Shown here: positions 25,825 through 38,837 of the stretch, one piece after another
Layout: every line of letters starts with the position of its first letter
How positions within the stretch are numbered: position 1 is the first letter of the stretch
Assembly: GCF_006345805.1 (NCBI RefSeq)
Contig: NC_043001.1
Coordinates: forward strand, 109,678,001-109,742,000
DNA: 64,000 nt
Origin: Octopus sinensis
Taxonomy: Eukaryota
Reading direction: 5' to 3'
Made by a program: the position numbers and the translations under genes
Notes under the pieces: model-generated
What the model saw: only the letters and a program-made list of their open reading frames with translations
The model's database searches: none
What the model was told of the DNA's origin: nothing

Positions 25825-25863
<39 letters not shown>

Positions 25864-27047
25864 GCCAAAATAATACGAGAACGATGTAAAAAGCAAACAA
25901 ACAGGCTATATTCGTTTTACACTCAAAAGATTTGAAGACTTTTACGTTACGCGCATGCGTTCTTTTACAGGAAGAATAGACAAACGGAAAAAAATGGAGG
26001 AAAGCAAGAATAAAAAAACGTGACTCAAAACAGACCTACATACATACAGAATGCACAATTCCATAGTCATGTACACACATATGTACATACTATAAACTTG
26101 CGGTTATTATTGTCTTCCGTTATTTAAACAGTTCAAAAACCTCAAGCTTCAATCTGCAGCTCAACAATTGTCGGTTCAGCGGTAGCCATCATGATAGATC
26201 TCCATGTGCAGTTACCTCACGTAGAGCTTAATGCACCATTGTGATATTGTTACTATACCGAAACAGGATGGAATAGTTAAACGGAAATGAATGTTTTAAA
26301 GGAAAACATGAAACAGATGTCCGTCGCTTAAAGAGACAAATTGTGTGTATCTATAAAGAGTATAACTCTTCGTGAATGTGTGTGAGCATACATGTATTTA
26401 TGTTTGTTAATATTGACTCTGTGTGTGAGTATGCACACGAGAGACTGTATGAGAAAGTGCTGTGTGTTTGGTTGAACATTTGTGAGTGTATGTCTGTAAG
26501 TGCATGTGAGTGTATTTATGTAAGGAAATGTGAGTGTGTGAACTTGTTTCTGTGAAGCACAGAGAAGAAAAAGAAGAGAAATGAACAGAAAAAAACGTCT
26601 GAATGGAATGTAACTGAATAGAGAGAAATATTTGAAATATTCTACTATTCACGCCTACACACAGCCAAATATCTACATAGATACAAGCGAACGTCCATCA
26701 ATTCCTATATATTCACAGGCACATATCCAACAATTCACACATACAAAGGTATGTGGAAACAGAATACCGCTTGCCTTCCTACCGAAACTGACTGACATCC
26801 ACTATTTATTTGCACGTACAAATATGTTAACAGCCAGTTAAATACGTATAAAATGAAACACACGCAGCTTTCAGACGAAGATTCTTTGTAGTCAGAAATA
26901 TATAAACACAGCGGAATAATTATAGACATAGAATGTGCATTGATTGACACAGATCTGTCTGTTGTGCAATTTGATGGCAATTTATTAAGCTTCATCCTCA
27001 GTAATATAGCTAAGGAATTCCAGAATTCTAACAAGAAGAAATAATCT

Positions 27048-27420
27048 TAATGGTTTGTCCGGAAAGTTCGTGCCGATTTTTAAAGGAAAGAAAAAGGTCA
27101 ATAAATACTTGCCATTACATTTTTAATCAACCAAATATGAACCATTTTGTTGCACAATGCGTCTCCATCTTTCCTTTAACTTGAAAATACCCTCTTCCCA
27201 GAATTGAGGTGGTTTCAAGGCAAAGACTTCATCAAGGTATCTTTTTACGTCATCCAAGGAATTGAAAGTTTTACCGTTAAGACTATTCTGCAGGGACCTG
27301 AATAAGTGGAAATCTGAAAGAACAGTATCCGGTGAATATGGAGGGTGAGGTAACACATCCCAGCCGAGCTGCAGCAATTTTTGTCTGGTTCCCAAAGCAT
27401 CAAGTGCCAAAAATGAAGTC
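27048..27420 (-). mobile_element. Mariner deletion derivative, 5'-truncated
   Basis: TA plus 3' TIR; LGTRQKLLQLGWDVLPHPPYSPDTVLSDFHLFRSLQ (YSPDL-type motif). Confidence 0.9.
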
Positions 27421-27446
27421 TATTCTTTAATGACCACCTTAGAAGT

Positions 27447-27989
27447 TATTGGGTTGTACGGAAAGTTCGTGTCGATTTATAGTAGCTTATATTTCGACTC
27501 AGTTTAGAACATGGTTGAGTCCATAAAATAGGATTTGCCTACACCTCCATTTAGAGCGCAGTTTAAGCTATCTTTTCGTGGAAGAAGGTTTATGTTCCTA
27601 TAACCTGTGTTAATTATGTAGCCCTTTAAAATGGAAGATAAAAAGTTCATTTTCGGCACTTGATGCTTTGGGAACCAAACAAAAATTGATGCAGCTCGGC
27701 TGGGATGTGTTACCCCACCCTCCATATTCACCAGACATTACTCCTTCAGATTTCCACTTATTCAGGTCTCTGCAGAATAGTATTAAGGGTAAATATTTCA
27801 ATGACGTAAAAAGATACCTTGAAACCACCTCAATTCTGGGAAGAGGGTATTTTCAAGTTAAAGGAAAGATGGAGACGCATTGTGCAACAAAATGGTTCAT
27901 ATTTGGTTGATTAAAAATGTAATGGCAAGTATTTATTGGCTTTTTTCTTTCCTTTAAAAATCGGCACGAACTTTCCGGACAACCCAATA
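27447..27989 (+). mobile_element. Complete non-autonomous mariner deletion derivative
   Basis: TIRs tattgggttgt(a/c)cggaaagttcgtg(t/c)cgattt at both ends. An N-terminal MEDKK..FRHLMLW remnant is fused to the C-terminal GTKQKLMQLGWDVLPHPPYSPDITPSDFHLF. Confidence 0.92.
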
Positions 27990-28756
27990 TTAGTCTTTAA
28001 AAAATGTACTAAGCCAACTAGCAGCAAAAGATGCCAGTAGACTCACTAATTGAAGTTACACCAAAATCCTAGTAACATTGTCCAGAAGGACAAAATTCGA
28101 TAACAATTTATGAGATCCAAATCGACGTTTTTCACTTGCAAACACAAAAAGGATAATAATAATTCTTTCTTTCTGGCTCAAGACCAACAACTGTAGGGGT
28201 GCTGTTAGAATCGGAAAGACTGGCGTGACGCATTTTGACCAACGCGCGATCGATTTTTACCAGTTCGCTGTAATTTCTGAATCTATATTCCAAGTTCTAG
28301 TTTAGCCGAATGCTATATCATAAATCTCTCTCTCTCTGAAAGGATCAATCTCGCCTGATTTTACCAGAATATGATATGGAATATGTTCCGTTCTTTTGAT
28401 TATTTGCTACACAGATATCGAGGATGATGATAAATTATGTTAGTCTCAAATCAGAGGTTTCTAATGCAAGTAGTGTTGCTTTGAACGATCGTTTCATCGT
28501 GATATGTAAAAAAATGTTTCCATGCCACATTGAGTTATAAGTATTGTAACAATCTTATAAATGTGTTTAAGACATCTCTTCAAGTTAGCGCAGGCATCGC
28601 ATGAAACGTGTTGATTCTGTGCCTGCTCTTTGCCATAGTCGTAGTAGGTGATGAGTGGTCAGTTACTTGAGCCAGTAATGTAGTCTGGCTGGTAGGCACT
28701 ATGGAATCTGTTGGAATGTTGCAAACTGCGAAACCACGTGGTGGTCTTATATCATT

Positions 28757-29140
28757 CAAGGAATATTTCAAAAATCTCCATACATACAGTAGGAAAAAAA
28801 TTTTTTTTAATAGGTAACAGTTTATAAGATCCGCTAGATCCCCTGATCTGCCCCCTCTTGATTTCTATCTTTGGGGGCATTTTAAAGGCATGGTGTGTGG
28901 CGGTAAGATAAAAGACATAAATAATTTGAAGGAGCGCATCACCAACTCATTTGCATATGTATCACCAGATGTGCCATTACAAGTTCACAATGAGTGGGGT
29001 AAACGTATTGCAATGTGTATTCAAAACAATGGTAACAATATAGAGCCTGTTAAATAAAAAACAAAACTGTTCTTATAAACTGTTTCTTCTAAAAAAAAAA
29101 AAATTGTTCCTACGTATGGCGACTTTTGAATCAACCTGTA
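28757..29140 (+). mobile_element. Non-autonomous Tc1/mariner-superfamily element with ~70-bp imperfect TIRs
   Basis: RSPDLPPLDFYLWGHFKGMV...WGKRIAMCIQNNGNNIE C-terminal remnant. The left end matches the reverse complement of the right end (...ccatac..gtagga...aaacagtttataaga). Confidence 0.7.
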
Positions 29141-30120
29141 GACTAAGGCCAGCAGGTGAGGTAGATGTTTATATTTGATTTGCACAAGAGTGGTCGATGT
29201 TGACGTTGAGCGCAAATAATTCAGTTTTTCCTTACATTCTTTGCATATGTAGGCAAACACGATTTACCTCACAAGTATACATACATATATTAACCACATT
29301 GTTCCTTTATCGGTTTCTTGTTAAATTACACAACACTCATGTGTGTTGTCAACGACCGTTATATATTCCGTGCATTTATTCGCATTTGGGCTGACGACGG
29401 AAATATTTACCGAAACACTAAGCTATTCCTCGAGATAATGTCTGAAAATTAATCTATTTTATTTATTTCTTCCCATTTACTTAATTTACATGGTGATAAG
29501 AAAAAAAAACACATGACAATTTCCTGCTTAATCCTTACGTACATTCAGCGATAAATTTTGAGATTTGGCTTAGTTGTACTAAAGTTAAACAACTAGGCCC
29601 GTCTTCTGTTTAGCTTCTGCTACGTATTGCGAATCTAATTTTTCACATTATTCCTAAGACCGCCATTACAGCTTCGTGATATCTTGAGTGGAAACCTTTT
29701 TCACTGAATCTCGTAATTTCCGTTTAGGTACCTTGGCAATACAGCAATACACGAAACCAGCAACTGCTATATACTGATGATATATGAGCTTTTGTCATTA
29801 GTTCAACAGCGGCATGGGAGGTGAATAGTCATTGAGACATGTAAACGTTCTCTGAGATAATAAGTATTAAATAATTAAGAAATTCTTTCTCGTCTGCATC
29901 TGAGCCACATTGTTCTCTTTTCTATAACTCTCTCATAAATTAATATACATCGGCTGCCTTTTGAGATGTTCTGCATTCTTACCGATTAAACCAATAAAAA
30001 AGTCTAACTTACATGATTCAAAATTTTACTGCGTGCATAATGTGTGTGTATGTATGTATGTATGTATGTTTGTATGTATGTATGTATATATATATATATA
30101 TATATGTATGTATATATATC

Positions 30121-30165
<45 letters not shown>

Positions 30166-30249
30166 ATGTATATATATATATATTGTATATATGTATGTAT
30201 ATATATATATCTATGTATGTATATATATATCTATATATCTATGTATGTA

Positions 30250-30357
30250 TATATATATATGTATGTATATATATATATTATATATATATATTTGCATGTA
30301 TGTATGTTTGTATATATATATTTATTTATATATATATGTATGTATATATATATATGC

Positions 30358-30416
<59 letters not shown>

Positions 30417-30661
30417 CTGTGTGTACATACATACACGCGTACATACATACACGCGTACACGGACGTGCGCACACATACTCCATCCTTCTCATACATACAC
30501 GTATACACATAATTCTTATGAAAGAATCGATTAGTTATGATCGTAAATATATATGTATATATATATATATATATATTTGCATGTATGTATGTTTGTATAT
30601 ATATATTTATTTATATATATGTATGTATATATATATATGCATATATATATATATATATATA

Positions 30662-30697
<36 letters not shown>

Positions 30698-30841
30698 CTG
30701 TGTGTACATACATACACGCGTACATACATACACGCGTACACGGACGTGCGCACACATACTCCATCCTTCTCATACATACACGTATACACATAATTCTTAT
30801 GAAAGAATCGATTAGTTATGATCGTAAATATATATGTATAT

Positions 30842-30850
<9 letters not shown>
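30250..30850 (+). repeat. Tandem duplication, period 281 bp, within a microsatellite field
   Basis: aattcttatgaaagaatcgattag at 30511 and 30792, with identical surrounding unique sequence. Confidence 0.9.
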
Positions 30851-30874
<24 letters not shown>

Positions 30875-31737
30875 GCATATATGTATATGTACTCATTTTT
30901 CCAGTTTTTTTTAGATCGATGGCAAAGAGTTGAGTTCAACCTAATAAGAAATGGGTCACTTTGTCTAAGGAATATTTCAAAATGCCACGCATATGTATGT
31001 TTATTTTATTTGTAATATCAAGAAAGCATTTGATCAGTCGTACGGAAATACACCCCTTTCTCTTTCTCTCTCTCTGTCACTTTCACACACACAATCGCAC
31101 GCACACACATACGTTAGAAGCGGACAACTTTTTATACCCTTTCTTCTTAAACATAATGGCATAAATCGACAGATATGCTGGAATTACTTCATACGACTTC
31201 CATTCTCTTAATAAAATATAATCTGTGATATTCGTAATAAGTCGTGATTGCCTGAAGGGAAAGTTCTTTGAATATAACGGTAAGTTCAATTGAAAGACCA
31301 CGTGTTCAAAATACTCATCTTGCTCTTTCTTGAATTATCTATGAAAACTGCTTGCAACCACCACGGCGAGTTGAACACAAAGAATGCCTATTCTAACTCA
31401 TCTCGACGGATAGTATAATATAAAATAGCAACCAGAAATTCTTAACTGCACCCGGAAACAATATGCAATGGCGGGCTTGTGAAACTTGCTCACACAGAAG
31501 GCATTAACTAAATACATGACGAACTTTAAGTTAGGTGTACTTCGCCTGCTTTTAAAAAAAATATCTCTGTGTCTCTTTTCTCCATTGCATAAAAGTTAAC
31601 GACTTAGGATGAAAATAAATATCCAATATGTTTTTAAAGCTATAAACAATTTTCTCATTATAAAAACTAGAGTAGAATGCCAAATTTAGTTTAATTTACT
31701 TGTCTCTGCTTATTCCATGGTGTCGATAGCAAGGGAG

Positions 31738-31824
31738 CCTGAAATGGCGCTAATAAAGTAGCCTGAAATGGCGCTAGAAAGATAGCCTAAAATGGCGTTA
31801 GTATCGTAGTCTAAAATGGCGCTA
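31738..31824 (+). repeat. 24-bp tandem array (x3.6), each unit containing AAATGGCG
   Basis: cctgaaatggcgcta-ataaagtag / cctgaaatggcgcta-gaaagatag / cctaaaatggcgtta-gtatcgtag / tctaaaatggcgcta. Confidence 0.85.
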
Positions 31825-31875
31825 CATATGGTCACGAATGACAAGGAGATTTAAGAACATATATTATTCTTTTAT

Positions 31876-32050
31876 GCGGCCATGCTGGAGCACCGCCACT
31901 TAGTCGAAGAAACTGACATCAGGGCTTATTTTTTGTGAACCCGGTTCTTATTCTTTCGGTCTCTTTTGCCGAACAGCTAAATTATGGGGATTTAAACACA
32001 CCAGGATCAGTTGTCAAGCGATGGTGGGTGGGAGGGACGAACACAGGCAC
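31876..32050 (-). mobile_element. SINE S1 tail
   Basis: Reverse complement of the S1 tail. Confidence 0.8.
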
Positions 32051-32087
32051 AATGATAGACACACACACACGCATATATATATATATA

Positions 32088-32420
32088 AACAAAATGGGAC
32101 AAGAACGCAAAACATCTAGTCAGTTAGGTGATACAAAAAAGAGACAACAAAAAAGAGACGATAGAAAGAAAACAAGGACGGGCCATTCGGAGTACTTCTT
32201 TCCTCATTCGAGTTCCAGATTATCTTTGCAATTTCGGCTGGTTATACTCGAGATTGCTCCAATCTGGCCTGCCCTAAGGAAAATCTAAGCTAAGAGCATT
32301 AGATTCCTTGGAAGAAAGCAGCGAATGTATACGAAAATAAGGACGGAAAAAAAACGGAGAATGTTACACAAATACAAATAACAGGACATAAAAACAGTTG
32401 TATTTCGAGTAAGGACGAAT
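32088..32420. mobile_element. Interspersed repeat family G (pLTR-like); related copies at 51011, 51846 and 52461
   Basis: Shared gggacaagaa..caaaacatc...gattatct..gcaatttcggctgg. Confidence 0.6.
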
Positions 32421-32636
32421 TAAATTAAACTAGCGTGTGTGGAAGTAAAGCCTTACGGCAGGGATACATGGTTTCACAGGCACAGGGTGGAATATAGATG
32501 CTGCACGGACGGCGGCCGAACCAAGAAAGAAAGGTCAGGCTTGACCGAACAGCAGTCACGTGGAGAGAGAAGAGAGTGTGGTAGAGGCAAAGGGAGAGAA
32601 CAAATAAGGAAGGGTGGTCTATATATATATATACAT

Positions 32637-32667
<31 letters not shown>

Positions 32668-32678
32668 GATAGATAGAT

Positions 32679-32735
<57 letters not shown>

Positions 32736-33361
32736 ATACATACACATACACATCCATCGATCCACCTAACCCTACGTACATACATACATATATATACACA
32801 CACACAGACACATACACACATAAATATGTGTTTGTTATTTTTAGAATCAAAAGAAAAAGATAAAGAAATCCTTCTGAATATGACATCTTTTAGTCCATTG
32901 CGTTTCCATATCAGCAAGACAGAAAAAAAGAAAAGCAACAATGAAATAACAAAAAAAAAAAACAGAAAAAAAAGAAACCAACCAAACAAACAAAAAAACT
33001 AAAACCTCAACACAAAAGAAACGAATTAAAGGAAAGAAATGAAACGTTTTAGTCATCTCTTCATTTCTATGATTGCAGTGGGATATTTTTAGAATACCTG
33101 GTTGTTAAAAGTTTAATCTTTATATGGAATCTATTTTCGTTAGCATAATATTTTTTAATGGTGCAATTATTCTGATTGCTGTTTTCGGCGCCATTTCTAC
33201 TATTCATATTCGAGTTACAAGTACAGTTGTTGCATTTTGCTGATTTTATTTTTATGGCATTTTTTTATTTCTATCTTTTAAACCTCTTTTTTTTTTCATA
33301 GATGTGGTGGGTGGTTACTTTGTTATTTCATTTTTATAGATTTGAATGTTATTATATTTAT

Positions 33362-33483
<122 letters not shown>

Positions 33484-33668
33484 TACACACATAGATACGA
33501 AGAAACATTCAGCCAGAGCATAAATACATATATTAAAAAATATATATACGTATATATGGAGGCAACACACGCACACATACTACATACATACACATATATG
33601 TATTTATATGTATATATATATATATATTATATATATATATATATATATACACATATATATGTGTGTAT

Positions 33669-33706
<38 letters not shown>

Positions 33707-34131
33707 CTTGCAGTGTTTTCATTCTGTCCCGAAAGTCACGTGTCAATTATGAATTGCTGGTTCTTCTCATTTTGGGAAGAGAACGAAGGAAGCGATTTTG
33801 ATATGCTGAAGATGAATAAAAGCAAAGAGAATGTAAGGCGAAGAATAGTTAATGAAAGAGATAAATAGCTTAGCGTCAGACTGGCGGGGTGGTGGGTAGA
33901 GAAAAACAGTAAACGAGACAACAAGACAGGTAGAAAATGGAGCATTCTTTGAAGCAGAACGCTGAAAACGACAGCCTGTCATCCACTCTCTCTGTCTCCT
34001 CTTCTTTTTATTTTTCTACCTTTATTTTCCACTTGCTGTTCATACATACATACAAATTCCACATAGTGACATATATGTATATGTGTGCATGAATATGCAT
34101 TACGTATATATATATATATATATTATATATA

Positions 34132-34164
<33 letters not shown>

Positions 34165-34280
34165 CATACAGAGAGAGAGAGAGAGAGCGAGATGGATATA
34201 GATACATACGTGAATGTGTATGTATCTATATACATACGCATTCGTGTATGTATATTGATACAGGAGTATCTATATACAGA

Positions 34281-34833
34281 AGTCGCTGCGTGGTAAGTAG
34301 CTTACTTACCAACCACATGGTTCTAGGATCAGTCCCACTGCGTGGTACCTTGGGCAAGTGCCTTCTATTATAGCCTCGGGCCGACCAAAGCCTTATGATT
34401 GGAATTGACAGACGGAAACTGAAAGAAGCCCGTAGTAAATATATATATATATATATATATATAATGACAAACTAAGGAAAAGAATTCCTTGTAAAACATC
34501 CAATTCACTGGTACGTCAGTTGAATACCACATGAATATGAGTATAATTCAAATTACAAACAATAAATTAGAGGGATTCAGTTGACAATCCAATAATTGAT
34601 TTATATTATAACATAACATGATATACTAAAACTTTCATATAAGTTAACATAAACAATTATTGTTATGTTATATCATTTGGTGTGTTTACGTACCCGTAAA
34701 ACACAGCGGTGCAGTGACCGATAGAAGACGTTCTACGCTTATGAAGAATAAGTTTTGTGGTCGATTTGTTCGACTAAATGTGGTGCTCTAGCGTGGCTGC
34801 AGTCAAATGACTGGAACAAATAAAAGAATAAAA
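34281..34833 (+). mobile_element. SINE S1 split by a ~220-bp AT-rich insertion at its internal microsatellite
   Basis: Head at 34281-34436, tail at 34680-34833. Confidence 0.75.
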
Positions 34834-36119
34834 TAATACTTAAACGCATACACACACATACACACACACACAGACACTCAAGCATACACATTTATATACA
34901 TATGTTTGTTTGTGTATAGCTAAATGAGGTGAGTTCAATAAACAGTCTGACTGTAGCTTAGTCATAAACTACAATGAGAAGAGGACATTTTTACCCAACT
35001 CAAGGTTTGCCGTTTTCTACGCTATTATTTGATGCATATCTCTTCCCTGTTAAATACAATACAGGCTCTTACAAATTTGCCTGATATAAAGGTATATGAT
35101 TTGGCAGACGACCGAAATAACAAAAGAACTTATATTTCTTGATTGGCATGCATATGTAATTTGATTTTTTTCGTTCAGACATTGTTAGGTTGCTCTGGGT
35201 TGAGCAATCTGCAATGGTGAACTATGCGTCACGTAGAAACGCTCCATGTTGAAAATTTAGATATTTTAAGAAACTGATAATATTGTAAAGGTATATTTTT
35301 TTCTCTGCATGTTGTTTCAAATTTGCGAGTTTAATGCAATGCATTTCAAAATATTGCGACGCATTGGGAACATTGCCTATAATTCAATTAGTTTCAAAAA
35401 TGTCCACCTGAATATATATCCTTCATCAGATGAAATTTAAGACTATATATTTTCAATTCTTGTCCGTATATATGTATTTTCACAGAACAATTTTCTGCTT
35501 ATATTATTCACTCTCAAATTCGTTCATCTACCTAATGAAATGATCTGCAATAACAGCCTGATATATTCCTACAAAGGACCAAGGATTGCAACGTCTGCTA
35601 GCTCTCCAATCTCAGTATCAATTTTATTGTCTCTTAAAATATTAGCGGATCTTGTATTAAACTCTTTTACTAAATGTCTACGTTTCACAGTCGTGAAAGA
35701 CATATGTTTTGTTTCCGAGATAGTTTAGTTTTAATGCATTTAATAGATAGATATAGTGGTTTTCCCTAAACAGGAGAAGACTCTGAATTTCATTTACAGT
35801 TCCATTGTCCATATTTGCTTCTCACTTTAACATTCACCGATATATTCGAAACGAGATAAGATTTTCAATGTTTGGTCATCTAACGTAATTTTATGTTCCA
35901 CACAAAGTATACAAAATCTGAGCAGATAAAAAATAAATAAATGTATTTTCAGGATTTATTTGGAAACCTACAACGACACATAACATTGCATATATATTTA
36001 CACTAGGTTCAACAAATTTTTAATAGCGTGCACCAATATCACAGGCATCAGAATTTTTCGAATATAAAGGATCCTTATGTGAACCCCACTCCAAAAAATA
36101 AATAAATAACAGAAAGTGA

Positions 36120-37911
36120 TTTAGATTTTGACTAGTTATGTCTTTTAATTTGTCACTTTCCTTTATGACTGGCAAATTTGTTTTGATGATGTTAAAAATA
36201 TTTTTGTGATTCGGATTGTGTGTTACGAGAAATGGCATTGTGTTCCTTGGATGGGTTCGTCTTTTTCGTGTAGCTTTACGCTCTTCTACAGGTATCTATT
36301 TTGCTCGTTGTATGCTATTTTCTATGAGTAAGAGAGGGTAATTTGGATTGAGCAGAAATCCTTTCAGTTTTGTTCTAATGGATCTATCAGTATGTACTAA
36401 TACGTTCCACATCTCTTATCATTACACTTGGATACCGTGAATAGGTTATCCCGTTTGTTCATGCTGAATTTTGCAGTATGAACTGCAAAATCGTGTCTTT
36501 CTGGCATTTGGATCATCGACTATAGTACAAATTTTCCGGGCTAGAAAGTACAGAATATTGCATTTAGTGTTTGTTGGGAGGCATGATTTGAAATTTAGGT
36601 ACTGAGGTGTGTCTGTGCTTTTATGATAAATATCAGTTGTGATTGTGGTGTTGTTTTTATTACCATTATGTCAAGAAATGGTAATTGTGTGTTGCTCATT
36701 TCTCCTGTGAATTTAAGACTAGGGTGTAGATTGTTGAGGAGGGTGCTGAATTCTTCCAGAGTTTCTAGGGATTTGCTCCGAATTAGGAAACAACCATCAA
36801 TGTATCTTTTCCATCTGTCCCCTATATGTATTTTAAATGTTATGCCGTAGTTCTCTTCAGTTTTTAAAATATAGGTTTTGTTCCAAGTATCCCAATACTG
36901 AGATCGTAAAAACTGGAGTAAATCGCGTCCCCATAGTTGTGCCTCGAATTTGGAGGTAGTTTTTTTCCATTGAAAAGGAATGTATTGTTAACGAGGATGA
37001 GGCTGACCGTGTCTAGTACGAAGGTTACAGTAAATCTACTGGGGATCGCTTCTCTACGTTTCTCAACCCAATATTTTATGGCAGTAAGTCCCAAATCGTG
37101 TGGAATGTTCATATATAAGTTCTTTACCTCAAAACTAACTAACAATGAAAGGGATTCTGTGGTTTTGGGCAGATGTAACAGGAAATCAATGTCATCTCGA
37201 ATGAAACTGGGTATGTAGCTACATAGTGGTTTTAGAATAATGTCAGGGTGGTTGCTCAGACGATGTGTAGGACAAGCTGGACCAGCTATAATGGGTCTTA
37301 GTTTAAGGTCTTTTGGTTGTTGTAGTTTTATGTATTCACTACCTTGTTCATATAAAGCATTCTGTATTTCTTTTCACTTATGTATTTTGGGTAAGCCATG
37401 CACGTTGCTGGATTTAGAATCAAAATTGGTAATATAGACCTTTCATTACAAGTGAGGGAGTTATAATGTTTTGAGACTAAATAATTGAGTTTCTTCATAA
37501 TGCGGCTGTCAATATTCGAGAGTATTTCATGCTAAAACGTTGTATCTTTTAAATGACCTTCAGCTATATCCCGGTAATCTTCTGTATCCATTATAGTAAT
37601 GGCACCCACTTTATCCGCTTGTTTGATGACAATTGTGTTATTATTTTGAAGACGTATAAAGGTAGATTTTCTAGTTTTGAAACGTTTGGTCTGACATTGA
37701 TATTATGCCTCAGTGGAAATCTGGAGAGGATGTCAATGGACTGATCTAGATGTGTATTTCGTCCTTTTGGCGGATTAAATTTTGATTCATTTTTCGCCAA
37801 GGATTCGTCGTTCTCATTATTTTTATCGTAGTTTCCGACAAAAGTTTTGGATATCTTCCTGCAATTCCTGATGGTGGACTGTAGGTCTAGGTGTGAATTT
37901 TAATCCTTTCA

Positions 37912-37915
<4 letters not shown>
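36120..37915 (-). mobile_element. Penelope-like element RT ORF, decayed
   Basis: LMKGLKFTP...DIQNFCRKLR, SKFNPPKGRN, LVSFEVKNLYMNIPHDLGLTAIKYW, LILVNNTFLFNG, WKRYIDG (YIDD mutated), LHPSLKFT...QLPFLDIMV, PFLVTHNP; multiple stops and frameshifts. Confidence 0.9.
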
Positions 37916-37945
<30 letters not shown>

Positions 37946-37951
37946 TGTGGC

Positions 37952-38391
37952 TAAATGTGACTATCGTGTGAGGGAACACTTACGCTGCTAGAAATAAGAG
38001 CTAAAGCGTTCTAATGCTGTAGTTAATGAATATGAATGAAAACATATAGACTAAGAGGGGTCATAATTGTTCGAAAAATGCCGATCGAAAATTTTTCATA
38101 CTGACGTCAGTTTCGGTATATTCAGCTAAGCTCGCTCGGTTGTTGGGTTTTTCCGGGCCAATAATTTCGATGATGAAAACATAAATACAAATATCAAAGA
38201 GGGTCCAGAAAAGGGATAAAATGTCATAACTGATGAGGCAACGGCCATTAACGTCAGTATTAAGAATTCTCGATCGGCATTTTTCGAACAATTATGGTCT
38301 CTGTTAGTGTCTATGTTTTCATTCAAGTGCGTTAACTATAACACTAGAGCGCTTTAGCTCTTGTTTCTAGCATTGTAGCTACGTCACATTT
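37952..38391. mobile_element. Inverted pLTR pair (family E) with decayed hammerhead motifs
   Basis: 37952-38116 matches the reverse complement of 38248-38391. GAA ACTGACGTCAGT A on the minus strand; CTGATGA GGC aacg GCC on the plus strand at 38230. Confidence 0.75.
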
Positions 38392-38837
38392 ATTGACAAT
38401 TATAATTCTCCTTTGCAAACTGCTGTATATATTGATTATATATACATACATTCATACATTCATACAATGAGAATGTTCCATAACTGGAAACTCAGTACTA
38501 AATTCTCACTTATTTCCTTTGTAAATATTTCATGTAAACTTGTAATTTAACTTGTCAGAGATGGTTGAAATGATTTTTAACAAATGTGTTATTAGTTACA
38601 TTATAATGCTATTCCCATTTCAATTATGACCTTCGAAATCTTTATATATAATTAACAATTTCTTTAATCTAAAAGATGTAAGAGCTACTTATGTATAAAT
38701 GTCTTAATACAAACTAAAAGCATTACACCAATAGATTTGCAAACCTATTCGTTCTCATTAATTCTCCATCAGCTGCTCGTTAATTTTGATTTATTACATT
38801 TTCAGTCAATACATAAATATAACAACATACGCAGTAT

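Noticed and set aside
28580-28720. Possible RTE remnant (RINTFH.RCLR, minus)
   Set aside because: A single motif that needs a frameshift; too weak to list.
29388-29430. CTGACGA CGG...CC GAAAC hammerhead candidate
   Set aside because: No palindromic stem III or NUH triplet, and negligible stem I.
31738-31824. CRISPR-like repeat-spacer pattern
   Set aside because: Eukaryotic context, 9-nt spacers that resemble each other, no cas genes.
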